This document shows, piece after piece, positions 9,871-18,671 of a DNA stretch of 32,000 nt. The notes under the pieces were generated by a model. That model made no database searches and had not been told where the DNA came from. It saw only the letters and a program-made list of their open reading frames with translations. Origin of the DNA: Ignicoccus pacificus DSM 13166 (GTDB lineage: Archaea > Thermoproteota > Thermoprotei_A > Sulfolobales > Ignicoccaceae); assembly GCA_025340205.1 (NCBI GenBank), contig CP006868.1, forward strand, positions 720,001 through 752,000, written 5' to 3'. Positions within the stretch are counted from its first letter, which is position 1; the number at the start of each line of letters is the position of its first letter. The translations under genes were made by a program, and so were the position numbers.

Positions 9871-10695
9871 TCACAAAGGATTCTTGGATGCGTACTCGAA
9901 CGCTGTCATCTTGGTTATCTTGGGCATCGGAGGAGGTAGCAACTTATGCCTATTGGTTCTCATAAGTTCCAATACTCTCATTACCTCTTTTTCCGAAGCA
10001 ATTCCTTTCTCTACTATCTCGCTGGGCCTAAGTCCCTCTTCTACTAAGGCGTAAAGTATCGAATCCGCTTTTTCATAAGTTATACCAAGCTCGCTCTCGG
10101 CTAACTGACCAGGCCAGAGTCGGGGAGAAGATGGTTTCTTGGCTATCTTCTCAGGTACTCCCACTTCGAGTGCTAACTGCCTTACCCAAGTCTTGTAGAG
10201 ATCCCCTATAGGGAGCAGATCTACGCCTCCATCACCGTATTTTGTAAAGTACCCCAACAATAGCTCACTCTTATCTCCGGTCCCAACGACGAGACCGTCA
10301 TCATATGCTCTGGCATATAACATACTCATCCTTATTCTAGCCATGGTGTTTCCTCTAGCTACTTTATTCATGGGTCCAAGCAACTTCTCAAAGGCCTCGA
10401 GCACGGGATCTATTACTATTAGCTCCCACTTATTAACTCCAAACTCCCTTATAACCATCTTCGCGTCTTCTACATCCTCTGATGGCGTCGCCTTAGAGGG
10501 TAGGATCAGAGCTCTCACGTTCTCCGGACCTAAAGCTTCAACTGTTAGAGCTAGGGTAGTGGCGGAGTCGACACCTCCGCTTACGCCTATTACTGCCGTT
10601 CCCCTCCCAGCCTTCTCAAATTCCTTTTTGATGAAGTTTACTATTTTCCTCCTCGCCTCTTGCGTATCAAGCGGGGGAAGCATGACCATCCCCAA
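9871..10695 (-). CDS. nadE: NH3-dependent NAD+ synthetase
   Basis: 274 aa with PP-loop VIGVSGGVDSATTLAL, GTGDKSELLLGYFTKYGDGG(V)D and LPIGDLYKTWVR motifs. Confidence 0.96.
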   Translation of the reverse strand: MGMVMLPPLDTQEARRKIVNFIKKEFEKAGRGTAVIGVSGGVDSATTLALTVEALGPENVRALILPSKATPSEDVEDAKMVIREFGVNKWELIVIDPVLEAFEKLLGPMNKVARGNTMARIRMSMLYARAYDDGLVVGTGDKSELLLGYFTKYGDGGVDLLPIGDLYKTWVRQLALEVGVPEKIAKKPSSPRLWPGQLAESELGITYEKADSILYALVEEGLRPSEIVEKGIASEKEVMRVLELMRTNRHKLLPPPMPKITKMTAFEYASKNPL

Positions 10696-10747
10696 AAGTT
10701 GATGTTCGTAGGGGTGTATAAGTTATCTATACATCTTTCTATTCTGT

Positions 10748-12712
10748 TTATCCCCATCTTCCGATTCTATACTCCTCTATCAGTTTCTCAATATCGTCTT
10801 CTGTAAGTTCTCGTTCCTCTTTGATCTTCTCTCTCATCTCCTCCCATTCGTCTAATATTTCCCGCTCGAACACCGCTGCAGAACCGAGCTCCAGTACTGG
10901 TTTCTTCGTCAATACTGGTATATCATATTTCTTTAATTCCTCGATAATTTTAACGTTATATTCTTTAGCAATTAGAACTATCTCTTGTTCCGACAAATAT
11001 TCCTTCATTCTCTCATTCAAGTCTTCCAAATATTTGACGTAGATTACGTGATGATTCTCTGGGTTCTTACTCTCTAGTTCCTCAAGATCCATATTGAAGG
11101 TCATCTTATCGATAACCACTGCCGGTATGTAATCGCCTTTCGAGAGTCCCATTATCACCTCAGCTACTTTCGAGAGCAACTCATTCCTATCTTCTAGTTC
11201 GTTTCGACATATCTCGAGTTTTTCGGTTACACTCCTTAGAGTTCTCTTAAGGTTATCTATTTCACCCTCGTATAGCAACTTCGCCTCTGATTTCAATATT
11301 TTCATTTCTACCTCCAAAGTCTTTATCTTCTCCTTTAGTTCTTCATTCTCTAACCTTAAGCTGGCGTTCTCTGCTTCTATTATCCTGATCCTCTCGGCTA
11401 GGTGTTCCATTGAGGGTTGTTGATCTTTGATTTTCCTACTTTCATCTACTATGCTTTGAGCTATTGTCTGTTGATTACTAATTATTTTGTCCAGTTCCTC
11501 TTCGATCACCTCCGCTAACGGTCTTCCCTTTATTACCTCTGCTTTTACTCTTTCTCTATTCATTTCTAGATCTATTCTGTCAAGATAGCTGTCTATCTGT
11601 CTTAGTTGATCTTGAATAGCTTGGTAAGCCTTGTACGCTGCAGCGAGAGCATCTCTTTGATGAGAATCTTCTACCTTTACTCCTTGTTCGTTCTCAATTA
11701 AGGAAGCTATCCTTTCTTTCTCCTTAATACTCATGCTTGTTCTCGGTACATATAGCATGGCATGATGATGCGCAGCTAGCTTCTTCACACTGTGAGGAGG
11801 GGGATTAGTATCACTTGCCACTATCAAAGGTATTCCGAACTTACTTATCAACGAAATAACGTCACCGCGATCGAGCTCTTTAGAACTGGTCAGAAGTAGC
11901 ACATTACCATCTAAATCCAATATAGCAAGTCCGCTTTCTATACCCGGATCATACCCCACTATCAAATACTTCGAGCCTTCAACCTCCTCAAGGAAATCTA
12001 TCTTCCTGGCCACCACGGGCCTGATCATGACCCTAACTGCTGAGGTTTCGACGGGCTTCACCACACCTTGCAACTTACTTCGAGGAGCATAGACTGTGAA
12101 TATCGCTTTCTCTATTGCACCATCACTCTTATCGATTATTACATCATAGTCTAAGCCAGCTTTGTCTAAGGATTGCTTTATCTCCGCTATGGTTTCTGAA
12201 ACAGCATTCCTCACCGCTCTTTTGAATCTGTCCATACTGCTTCCTCCCGCCCTTGGCGTCCTCCCCTTGGTCACGATGATCTTGGTTTTCTCCTCAAAGG
12301 TCTTGAGTTTGGAACCTATGCCCCTCTGCGCCAGTAACGCCGCTAAGTACGCTGTATCAAGAGGGCCAAGTTTACGAGGAGGAACTTCTATTCCTATGGT
12401 AGATGCTAGTTTCTTTATATCAACAAAGATGTTGTTTGGTAATCTGGTAACTTGGACTATTTCGGTTTCAGGGGGGAACAGACTCAATACCTTGATCAGC
12501 TCTTCCTTATCACTTCCTAGTTCCATGACGTTATCCAAAGCCAACGTCTGAGGCTTATACTCCCAGAGATACCGGAGAAGCTTTTTGAAAGGAACGTTTT
12601 GTTTTGATATTATCAAGTTTCCGTTACAGTCGATAATGACCAGGGAGTATCTTCCCCTAATACCAGGAGGCGAACCCGGTTCGAGGTCAACTCCCGCTAT
12701 CGGACACTTCAC
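10748..12712 (-). CDS. DUF460 family protein (archaeal RNase H-like domain with coiled coil)
   Basis: 654 aa, GTG start. VGYDPGIESGLAILDLDGNVL and central coiled coil followed by C-terminal region, as in archaeal DUF460 proteins. Confidence 0.8.
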   Translation of the reverse strand: MKCPIAGVDLEPGSPPGIRGRYSLVIIDCNGNLIISKQNVPFKKLLRYLWEYKPQTLALDNVMELGSDKEELIKVLSLFPPETEIVQVTRLPNNIFVDIKKLASTIGIEVPPRKLGPLDTAYLAALLAQRGIGSKLKTFEEKTKIIVTKGRTPRAGGSSMDRFKRAVRNAVSETIAEIKQSLDKAGLDYDVIIDKSDGAIEKAIFTVYAPRSKLQGVVKPVETSAVRVMIRPVVARKIDFLEEVEGSKYLIVGYDPGIESGLAILDLDGNVLLLTSSKELDRGDVISLISKFGIPLIVASDTNPPPHSVKKLAAHHHAMLYVPRTSMSIKEKERIASLIENEQGVKVEDSHQRDALAAAYKAYQAIQDQLRQIDSYLDRIDLEMNRERVKAEVIKGRPLAEVIEEELDKIISNQQTIAQSIVDESRKIKDQQPSMEHLAERIRIIEAENASLRLENEELKEKIKTLEVEMKILKSEAKLLYEGEIDNLKRTLRSVTEKLEICRNELEDRNELLSKVAEVIMGLSKGDYIPAVVIDKMTFNMDLEELESKNPENHHVIYVKYLEDLNERMKEYLSEQEIVLIAKEYNVKIIEELKKYDIPVLTKKPVLELGSAAVFEREILDEWEEMREKIKEERELTEDDIEKLIEEYRIGRWG

Positions 12713-13577
12713 CTTTTATCGCCCTGAGGACTTCCTCGGTTTCCGCAGGAACACCATAAACTTTCTTAAAAAATCTTACAACGTATTCCACGTCACGTCT
12801 TAAGAGTTTCTCTGCAGATGGATGGTCTTTTTCCACATATTGTGGCCAATCGATTACATAGGCCTCGGAGGTCTCGGGTATTACAATGATATTGTACTCG
12901 CTGAGATCACCGTGGACTATACCTACATCATTGTAAGCTTTAGCTATTGTCTCAATGACATCCCCAAAAGCCTTTAGGGGATCGTTGAGGGCTGGCTTCT
13001 CGCTGAGCTCCACCGCTCCTTCTATGAGTTCCGTAACGACCACATGTCTACTCCTATCTATTGGTTTCGGGACCTTAGCTCCTACCTCATAGAGTTCTCT
13101 TAGCGCAGCGAATTCCCTTTGAGCTGAGACTTTTGATTGAAGTAGCCAAGAATCTTCTACCTTATACGTTCTATGTCGAACCACATGTCGAAAGCTCGTC
13201 CGACCTACTCTATGGAACTTTACCGCAAGCTTCTTGCCACCCGGAGCTATACCTAAGTAGACATCACTCTCCTTACCTACTCCGAGTTTATCGCCTAAGG
13301 CTTCGATAACTCCTCTTTTCATCAAACTCAAAACGGCTAAGACGTCATATGCCAAAATAGTTAACCTATATCCTAACGTCGCAGCTGATTGTCTCCGTAT
13401 TAATTTTAGAGAGTTGAGTTTATAGAGACTCCTCTCTAACCTATGAGGAGGTAATCGGGTCGTCCTTTCTAGAACCTCTATTGGCACGAACTCATATTGT
13501 TTGAGGTATTTCTCAATAGCTTGAAGAACCCTTATGTCGTCTGGCGTAAGCACCTTGAGTGCTTCATGGATGTTCAA
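12687..13577 (-). CDS. rio2: RIO2-type serine protein kinase
   Basis: 296 aa: N-terminal winged helix, LGVGKESDVYLGIAPGGKKLAVKFHRVGRTSFR, catalytic VHGDLSEYNIIV, metal-binding VIDWPQYV. Confidence 0.92.
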   Translation of the reverse strand: MNIHEALKVLTPDDIRVLQAIEKYLKQYEFVPIEVLERTTRLPPHRLERSLYKLNSLKLIRRQSAATLGYRLTILAYDVLAVLSLMKRGVIEALGDKLGVGKESDVYLGIAPGGKKLAVKFHRVGRTSFRHVVRHRTYKVEDSWLLQSKVSAQREFAALRELYEVGAKVPKPIDRSRHVVVTELIEGAVELSEKPALNDPLKAFGDVIETIAKAYNDVGIVHGDLSEYNIIVIPETSEAYVIDWPQYVEKDHPSAEKLLRRDVEYVVRFFKKVYGVPAETEEVLRAIKGEVSDSGS

Positions 13578-14455
13578 TCTTCATGACCCTTCTTGAGGAG
13601 CTCCATGAAGGTCTCTAAATCCTCTGCTAGCACCACTTCACTGCTCTCGAGCTCCTTTGGAACGTCTTCGAAACCTATAGCGGCGGCCTTCTTGTCAATC
13701 ATCCTCGTTAACTCGGCAAACCATTCCAAGTCCTCGTCGCCATGGGGTAGCACCGCAACGAAACGCTCACTCATTATTTCCCCTCCGACGTGTACGTTGC
13801 CCCTTGGTACATGTATACTCTCCTTACTTCTCTCAAGCATCTCTGCTTCTAGAGGACTATGGGGTTCGGCATCTACGACCACGCCTTCAAATTCGCCTAG
13901 ATCCACCGTCTCCAGTACATCTTCTCCATAAAGTTCCACGAGCTTGGCAGCTATCTCTACGCTCACCCTGCTTCCTTTCGTCTCATAGTCATATACGGAC
14001 TTCTTACTAACGCCTAGGTAATTAGCCAAAGCCCCTATACTCATACCGCTTCTAAGCCTCGCTTCTCTAAGTTTTCTGGGGTTCACCTTAACGACGAACC
14101 CGGATCTTATCTTTCTTATGAATATCTTTTCTCCTCTAATTATCTTTATCAAAGTCTCAGGAGACACGACGGGAGTTCCGTGGCGCTCATAGACCACATC
14201 CTCTATCAGTTCCTCGGAGCTCAGCCTCTCACTCACTATCAGCGGTTTTCCTCCGATACACTTAGCTAACATGTTCAATATTCCTACTTTCTCTCGCTTC
14301 AACCTAGAAGCGTTTGATTCTATAAGTAACGTGAGAACGCCGCCTTCGGTCCTCACTATAGCGTCGCTTGCTCTTCCATTCAGAACAACATCTGCTTCTC
14401 CACCTATCATTTCTAAAACATCGTTAGTGAACATCTGCTTTCTCAAGGATCCCAC
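13574..14455 (-). CDS. archaeal HTH-type (Cro/C1-like) transcriptional regulator
   Basis: 293 aa with HTH segment LREARLRSGMSIGALANYLGVSKKSVYDYE; overlaps rio2 by 4 nt. Confidence 0.8.
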   Translation of the reverse strand: MGSLRKQMFTNDVLEMIGGEADVVLNGRASDAIVRTEGGVLTLLIESNASRLKREKVGILNMLAKCIGGKPLIVSERLSSEELIEDVVYERHGTPVVSPETLIKIIRGEKIFIRKIRSGFVVKVNPRKLREARLRSGMSIGALANYLGVSKKSVYDYETKGSRVSVEIAAKLVELYGEDVLETVDLGEFEGVVVDAEPHSPLEAEMLERSKESIHVPRGNVHVGGEIMSERFVAVLPHGDEDLEWFAELTRMIDKKAAAIGFEDVPKELESSEVVLAEDLETFMELLKKGHED

Positions 14456-14461
14456 CTCCCC

Positions 14462-14893
14462 TTACTTGATTATTTCGCCCACGTCGACGGCGAATATTAC
14501 AAACACCAAGGATCCATACTCCATTATTAATCTTTCTAGGTGCTGGAATTTAAGTTTATCATCCTTATCCATTCCTAGAACGTACCTTAACGCTTCCTGT
14601 TGCCACTCGTCACCGGTAACACTGAAGGTTTCGCTCTCGGGGTTGAATGATATTATTATTGGAACCTTTACTATCCAACGCATCCAATTGGGTAGCTTTT
14701 CATAAAATTTCTGAACCTCGTCTGGATCCATATAATGGGTACTCCCATCACGAAGTTCTACTATTAGATCACCTTCGAGGGCCTTCTTCAATGTAATTTG
14801 CGTCTTGGGGATAGCTTGGTTTATCAACGCTATGTCATTAATCACTACCTTTAGTAGGCGTCCTTCAGCGTTCCCTCGATCTCCCTCATACAT
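14462..14893 (-). CDS. DUF61 / UPF0216 family protein
   Basis: 143 aa; ...NQAIPKTQITLKKALEG..IVELRDGSTHYMDPDEVQKFYEKLPNWMRWIVKVPIII resembles archaeal DUF61. Confidence 0.65.
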   Translation of the reverse strand: MYEGDRGNAEGRLLKVVINDIALINQAIPKTQITLKKALEGDLIVELRDGSTHYMDPDEVQKFYEKLPNWMRWIVKVPIIISFNPESETFSVTGDEWQQEALRYVLGMDKDDKLKFQHLERLIMEYGSLVFVIFAVDVGEIIK

Positions 14894-14932
14894 TATACTG
14901 CCCCTTCTGGTAAGCTTTTCAAAACTTCTATA

Positions 14933-15289
14933 TTAGTCTGAGCTACCTAGAGCCTCTTCTATCTCCTCTTCGCTTATGTCTATCTCATCGATATCTAATT
15001 CGATTACTTCTCCCTCTTCCTTCTGGGGTTCTGTCGTACTTTCCATCTTCTTTTTCTTCTTTCCGACTTCCATCTCAACCTCTCCACCACCTACCTTTAA
15101 CTTACTGACGACGCCTCTCCACTTATGACCGCAGTTAGGACATTGGAAAGATCCCATCACCGTTATGGTTACCCTACCCTTAGAATCCGGCATTGGTGAT
15201 ACCAATTGCCACGTCTTCACCGGCTCCGTCACTCTAGTTCCGCACTTGGGACAAACGAAGGGGTCCTTCTGCCTCTTCTTACGTACCAT
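14933..15289 (-). CDS. crenarchaeal zinc-ribbon protein with acidic C-terminal tail
   Basis: From the internal ATG at 15289: MVRKKRQKDPFVCPKCGTRVTEPVKTWQLVSPMPDSKGRVTITVMGSFQCPNCGHKWRGVVSKLKVG, two CPxCG pairs. The 15520 start in the ORF track overruns into herA and its promoter region, so the shorter start is preferred. Confidence 0.75.
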   Translation of the reverse strand: MVRKKRQKDPFVCPKCGTRVTEPVKTWQLVSPMPDSKGRVTITVMGSFQCPNCGHKWRGVVSKLKVGGGEVEMEVGKKKKKMESTTEPQKEEGEVIELDIDEIDISEEEIEEALGSSD

Positions 15290-15415
15290 GAACCTCGCCT
15301 CCCAAACCCGCTCGTCTGAAGATAAAATTATGTTTTGTAGTATTAGGGTATTACTTTCAGTACGCTCTCTGTATATGTAAATGGGTTTTAACTTGATTGA
15401 TCTTGGAGGAGACAT

Positions 15416-17260
15416 TTGGAAGACGTGGCGGGAAGGGTAATTGAAATCGACAGCTTGGATGAGTATACTATGGTATTGAACACAGGCGTGAGGATTCGTA
15501 AATACGATTACGTATATCATATTACCAATGGAAACAAAGTGATAGGGTATGTAGAAGACATACTTTCGAGACCGCTCCTCCCTTCCGAGCTTCCATGGAG
15601 CATTGCCTCCAAGGTTCCTATTGATGAATCTACTTCCGTCTCAATAGCCAAAGTAAGAGTGCTCGAGGGGGATGTTCCTAGTATCGGCGATTGGGTCTAT
15701 AGGGCCAGCGATGTCGATGTCGAACACTTGTACTCTGTCCCTCCACATAGAAGATTGCAGATAGGATTCCTTTCCTCTAGACCTTCGGTCAAGGTGAGCT
15801 TGGATATAAACGCCTTAACGAGACACCTCGCGATAATAGCAGCTACCGGCTCCGGGAAAACATGGACTACCGTAGTACTTATAGAAGAGCTATTGAAAAA
15901 GGGAGCAACGGTCTTAGTTCTGGATCCTCATGGGGAATATACGAAGCTTAAGAAAAAAGTAAGAGAGCTAGATGCAGACGCCATAGTGTTAAAAGCACAT
16001 AGCGAACAAGAAGGAGATCTCTCCTATACTATAGATGTGACCAACGTTGACAGCGACGAATTAGCGTTTGTTATGGGAATACCTAAGAATGCTAGCCGCA
16101 TAAGGTCTCTATTATCTACATCTAGAAGCATTGCATGGGATATCTACAATAGCACGGGGAGAAGGGATTGGATGAGTCTCGCCGGTCTCAGAAGGATTCT
16201 AAGCTATCTGGCAGAAGCCTCGGAGGTCTCAAGCTCCTACCAGCAGTTCGAGGCTATAGCTAAGTCTAAGTCGTTAAAGGTAAACAACAATCTTTTGAAA
16301 AGGGCTTGGAACGTTCTTAGGAGGAACGCCGACCCGGCATATGACTTGCTAAAGTACGTGGATGAGCTGGACAGATTGGGTATATACACGACGAGACCCA
16401 CTCCCCTCGGTGCATTCTTAAGACCGAAGACGGTTACCGTCTTCAATCTAAGTGGCATAAGGGCCGAAGTCCAAACACATCTAGTCTATGACATTCTCAA
16501 AAGAACCTTCAACGCTAGAGTGAGGTACCTGAGAGACCTCAAAGGGGAAAAGTACCCTTATCCCGTTGAAGTGGTGGTAGAAGAGGCCCATCGCTTCGCT
16601 CCTCCTCCTTCAGAAGGGTCCCCTTGGACCGTTAGTATGTTAAAGAGAATAGCCTCTGAGGGAAGGAAGTTCGGCGTATTCCTTACCGTGATTACGCAGA
16701 GACCCAGCAGGGTGGATTCAACTGTCCTTAGTCAATGTCAATCGCAGATAATCTTGAGGATAGTGAATCCTAGAGATCAACAGGCTGTTTTGGAGGCCTC
16801 GGAAGAGCTAGGGTCTTCCCTAGCCAAGGACCTACCTTCCCTAAAGCCCGGAGAGGCATTAGTAGTAGGACCAGTGATTAAGTACCCAGCCTTGATTAAA
16901 ATAAGAGATAGGGTATTGGACTACGGAGGCGGAGACTTAGATCTGAGCTTAGAGTGGAGCAAGGCCTTGCTCGTTTCTGAGGAAATGAGGGAGTACGAAA
17001 AGCTACTTGAGAGTTTGAACCTGGAATCTATAGCGAGCGAGTTTGATATAGACATAAGCTCTGATACGTTGGAGAGATCAAAATCAATACTCATTAGCGA
17101 AAAGAGGTTCATTGAAGTTAATCCATCCTTAAAAGTTTACTTTGAGAACTGCTCAGTAGATATCGACAGAGGAGAGCACAATTGTCCAGACGATGCCTAC
17201 GTATTGGCAGCGCTACTCGAACTGAAACGCAGAGGTCTGCTAACATTCCAAAACTCTTAA
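15416..17260 (+). CDS. herA: HerA-family hexameric ATPase/translocase (FtsK-HerA superfamily)
   Basis: 614 aa, TTG start. N-terminal HAS-barrel-like region, Walker A AATGSGKTW, WalkerB-like VEVVVEEAHRFAPP, ITQRPSRVDSTVLSQCQSQIILRI arginine-finger region. Confidence 0.9.
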   Translation: MEDVAGRVIEIDSLDEYTMVLNTGVRIRKYDYVYHITNGNKVIGYVEDILSRPLLPSELPWSIASKVPIDESTSVSIAKVRVLEGDVPSIGDWVYRASDVDVEHLYSVPPHRRLQIGFLSSRPSVKVSLDINALTRHLAIIAATGSGKTWTTVVLIEELLKKGATVLVLDPHGEYTKLKKKVRELDADAIVLKAHSEQEGDLSYTIDVTNVDSDELAFVMGIPKNASRIRSLLSTSRSIAWDIYNSTGRRDWMSLAGLRRILSYLAEASEVSSSYQQFEAIAKSKSLKVNNNLLKRAWNVLRRNADPAYDLLKYVDELDRLGIYTTRPTPLGAFLRPKTVTVFNLSGIRAEVQTHLVYDILKRTFNARVRYLRDLKGEKYPYPVEVVVEEAHRFAPPPSEGSPWTVSMLKRIASEGRKFGVFLTVITQRPSRVDSTVLSQCQSQIILRIVNPRDQQAVLEASEELGSSLAKDLPSLKPGEALVVGPVIKYPALIKIRDRVLDYGGGDLDLSLEWSKALLVSEEMREYEKLLESLNLESIASEFDIDISSDTLERSKSILISEKRFIEVNPSLKVYFENCSVDIDRGEHNCPDDAYVLAALLELKRRGLLTFQNS

Positions 17261-17263
17261 AGT

Positions 17264-18613
17264 ATGCTACATCTAGTATCGGGGGACAGTTTGAGCTACA
17301 CCAGCGCTGTCGTACCACTGCCCAAAGAGGTAGTGGAAGAGATCGTTCATGATCCTATAATAAGGAAAATACTGATCACTATCTTCCGAAGTGGAACCAT
17401 AACCCCCCAGATAGGACTTGAGAGTGGAGTGAAGTACCCCTTGTTAGACGAGATTCCAAACTGGAAACAAGTTATTGAGAAGCTCATAAAGTATAAACTC
17501 GTGGAGAAGAGGGTGACTGACAGACTAATTCACTGTCCTAGATGTGGTTCCATCCACGTAGCCTCTAAGCTGTTATGTCCTTGGTGTAAGAGCTTTAACA
17601 TAGAATCCACGTACATAATTCAACACACCTTGTGTGGTTACATAGATACCGAGACCAGATTTAGGGATCCAAACACAGGTGAGCTCATTTGTCCTAAGTG
17701 TAAGAGGCATCTAAGAAAGGAGGGTCTCGACTACGTAGTCATAGGTAAAGTATTCGAATGTCTAAACTGTAAGAGGAAGACAAACAAACCGCTAATAGTC
17801 TTCCAATGTAGAAGCTGTAACCACCAATTCGACTACCTAAGCGCCGTCTACGAGCCTGTATACGAGTACACCTTAACGCCGATAGGAACCAAAATGGTCA
17901 CCAGTGGTATGCTGTTCAAGGAAGAGATAGTATCGGCATTAAAGGAGCTAGGAATGACTGTGGAGGCTCCTGGAAAAGAGAGAGGAAGAAGCGGCATAGA
18001 ACACACGTTCGATATAATTGCCAGAACTCCCAGCGGAAAGGTATTGGCGATAGACTTCGTCGAAGAGAGGGACCCTTCGGTCGCCATTACCTCTAGGATA
18101 CCTAAGGCATTGGATACTAACGTTGACAGATACATAATCATACTTCCTTCCGGTGCCCTTGAAGCATCGATGTTCGTGCAAATGAAGAACGTAATAGTCC
18201 TTGACCTTACTGAACCCTACTTAGTTGAAAGGATAGTGAACGTAGCTAAGGAGTTGTTAAGGAGCGAGAGCAGGTCGGTAGAGGTCCAGCCAACCCCCTT
18301 ACCGGAAGAAGAGGAGTTCTTCGGTCTTGGAGAAGAGGAGAAGTTACCAGAGGAGCAACTACTATCCACTCTTGAAGGTACTGAGACCAAAGCGGAGACG
18401 ACCAAACCCGAGTCTGCTCAAGCCCCTCAACCCGCTCCGCAGCCCGCGCCGGAGCTCGCCCCTACAGATGAGTTCTTCGGACCTGAACTGACCGAGACTC
18501 CTCCCACCTCAACGCCACAGACACATGAAGAGAAAGAAGCTAAGGAGGAGAAGAAAGAAGAAAAGAAGAAAGAAGAGGAGCTACTCACGGCAGACGAGTT
18601 CTTCGGGGGATGA
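17264..18613 (+). CDS. wHTH / multi-zinc-ribbon (TackOD1-like) / PD-(D/E)XK-fold-like protein with (E/D)EFFG-motif tail
   Basis: 449 aa starting 3 nt after the herA stop. Five CxxC pairs (C91/94, 105/108, 143/146, 166/169, 182/185) plus C124, HTFDIIARTPSGKVLAIDFVEE segment, disordered acidic tail from about residue 340. Confidence 0.75.
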   Translation: MLHLVSGDSLSYTSAVVPLPKEVVEEIVHDPIIRKILITIFRSGTITPQIGLESGVKYPLLDEIPNWKQVIEKLIKYKLVEKRVTDRLIHCPRCGSIHVASKLLCPWCKSFNIESTYIIQHTLCGYIDTETRFRDPNTGELICPKCKRHLRKEGLDYVVIGKVFECLNCKRKTNKPLIVFQCRSCNHQFDYLSAVYEPVYEYTLTPIGTKMVTSGMLFKEEIVSALKELGMTVEAPGKERGRSGIEHTFDIIARTPSGKVLAIDFVEERDPSVAITSRIPKALDTNVDRYIIILPSGALEASMFVQMKNVIVLDLTEPYLVERIVNVAKELLRSESRSVEVQPTPLPEEEEFFGLGEEEKLPEEQLLSTLEGTETKAETTKPESAQAPQPAPQPAPELAPTDEFFGPELTETPPTSTPQTHEEKEAKEEKKEEKKKEEELLTADEFFGG

Positions 18614-18671
18614 TCGGCTTTTAGCGGCAGACCGCAAGGAATGATGTATTCACGGACCGGGCGATCCCCGC

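Noticed and set aside
18614-18671. Moderately GC-rich stretch before aroD (gcagaccgcaaggaatgatgtattcacggaccgggcgatccccgc) as an ncRNA
   Set aside because: An ATGATG resembles a C box but no matching D/D' boxes; may simply be the leader or a longer aroD 5' region.
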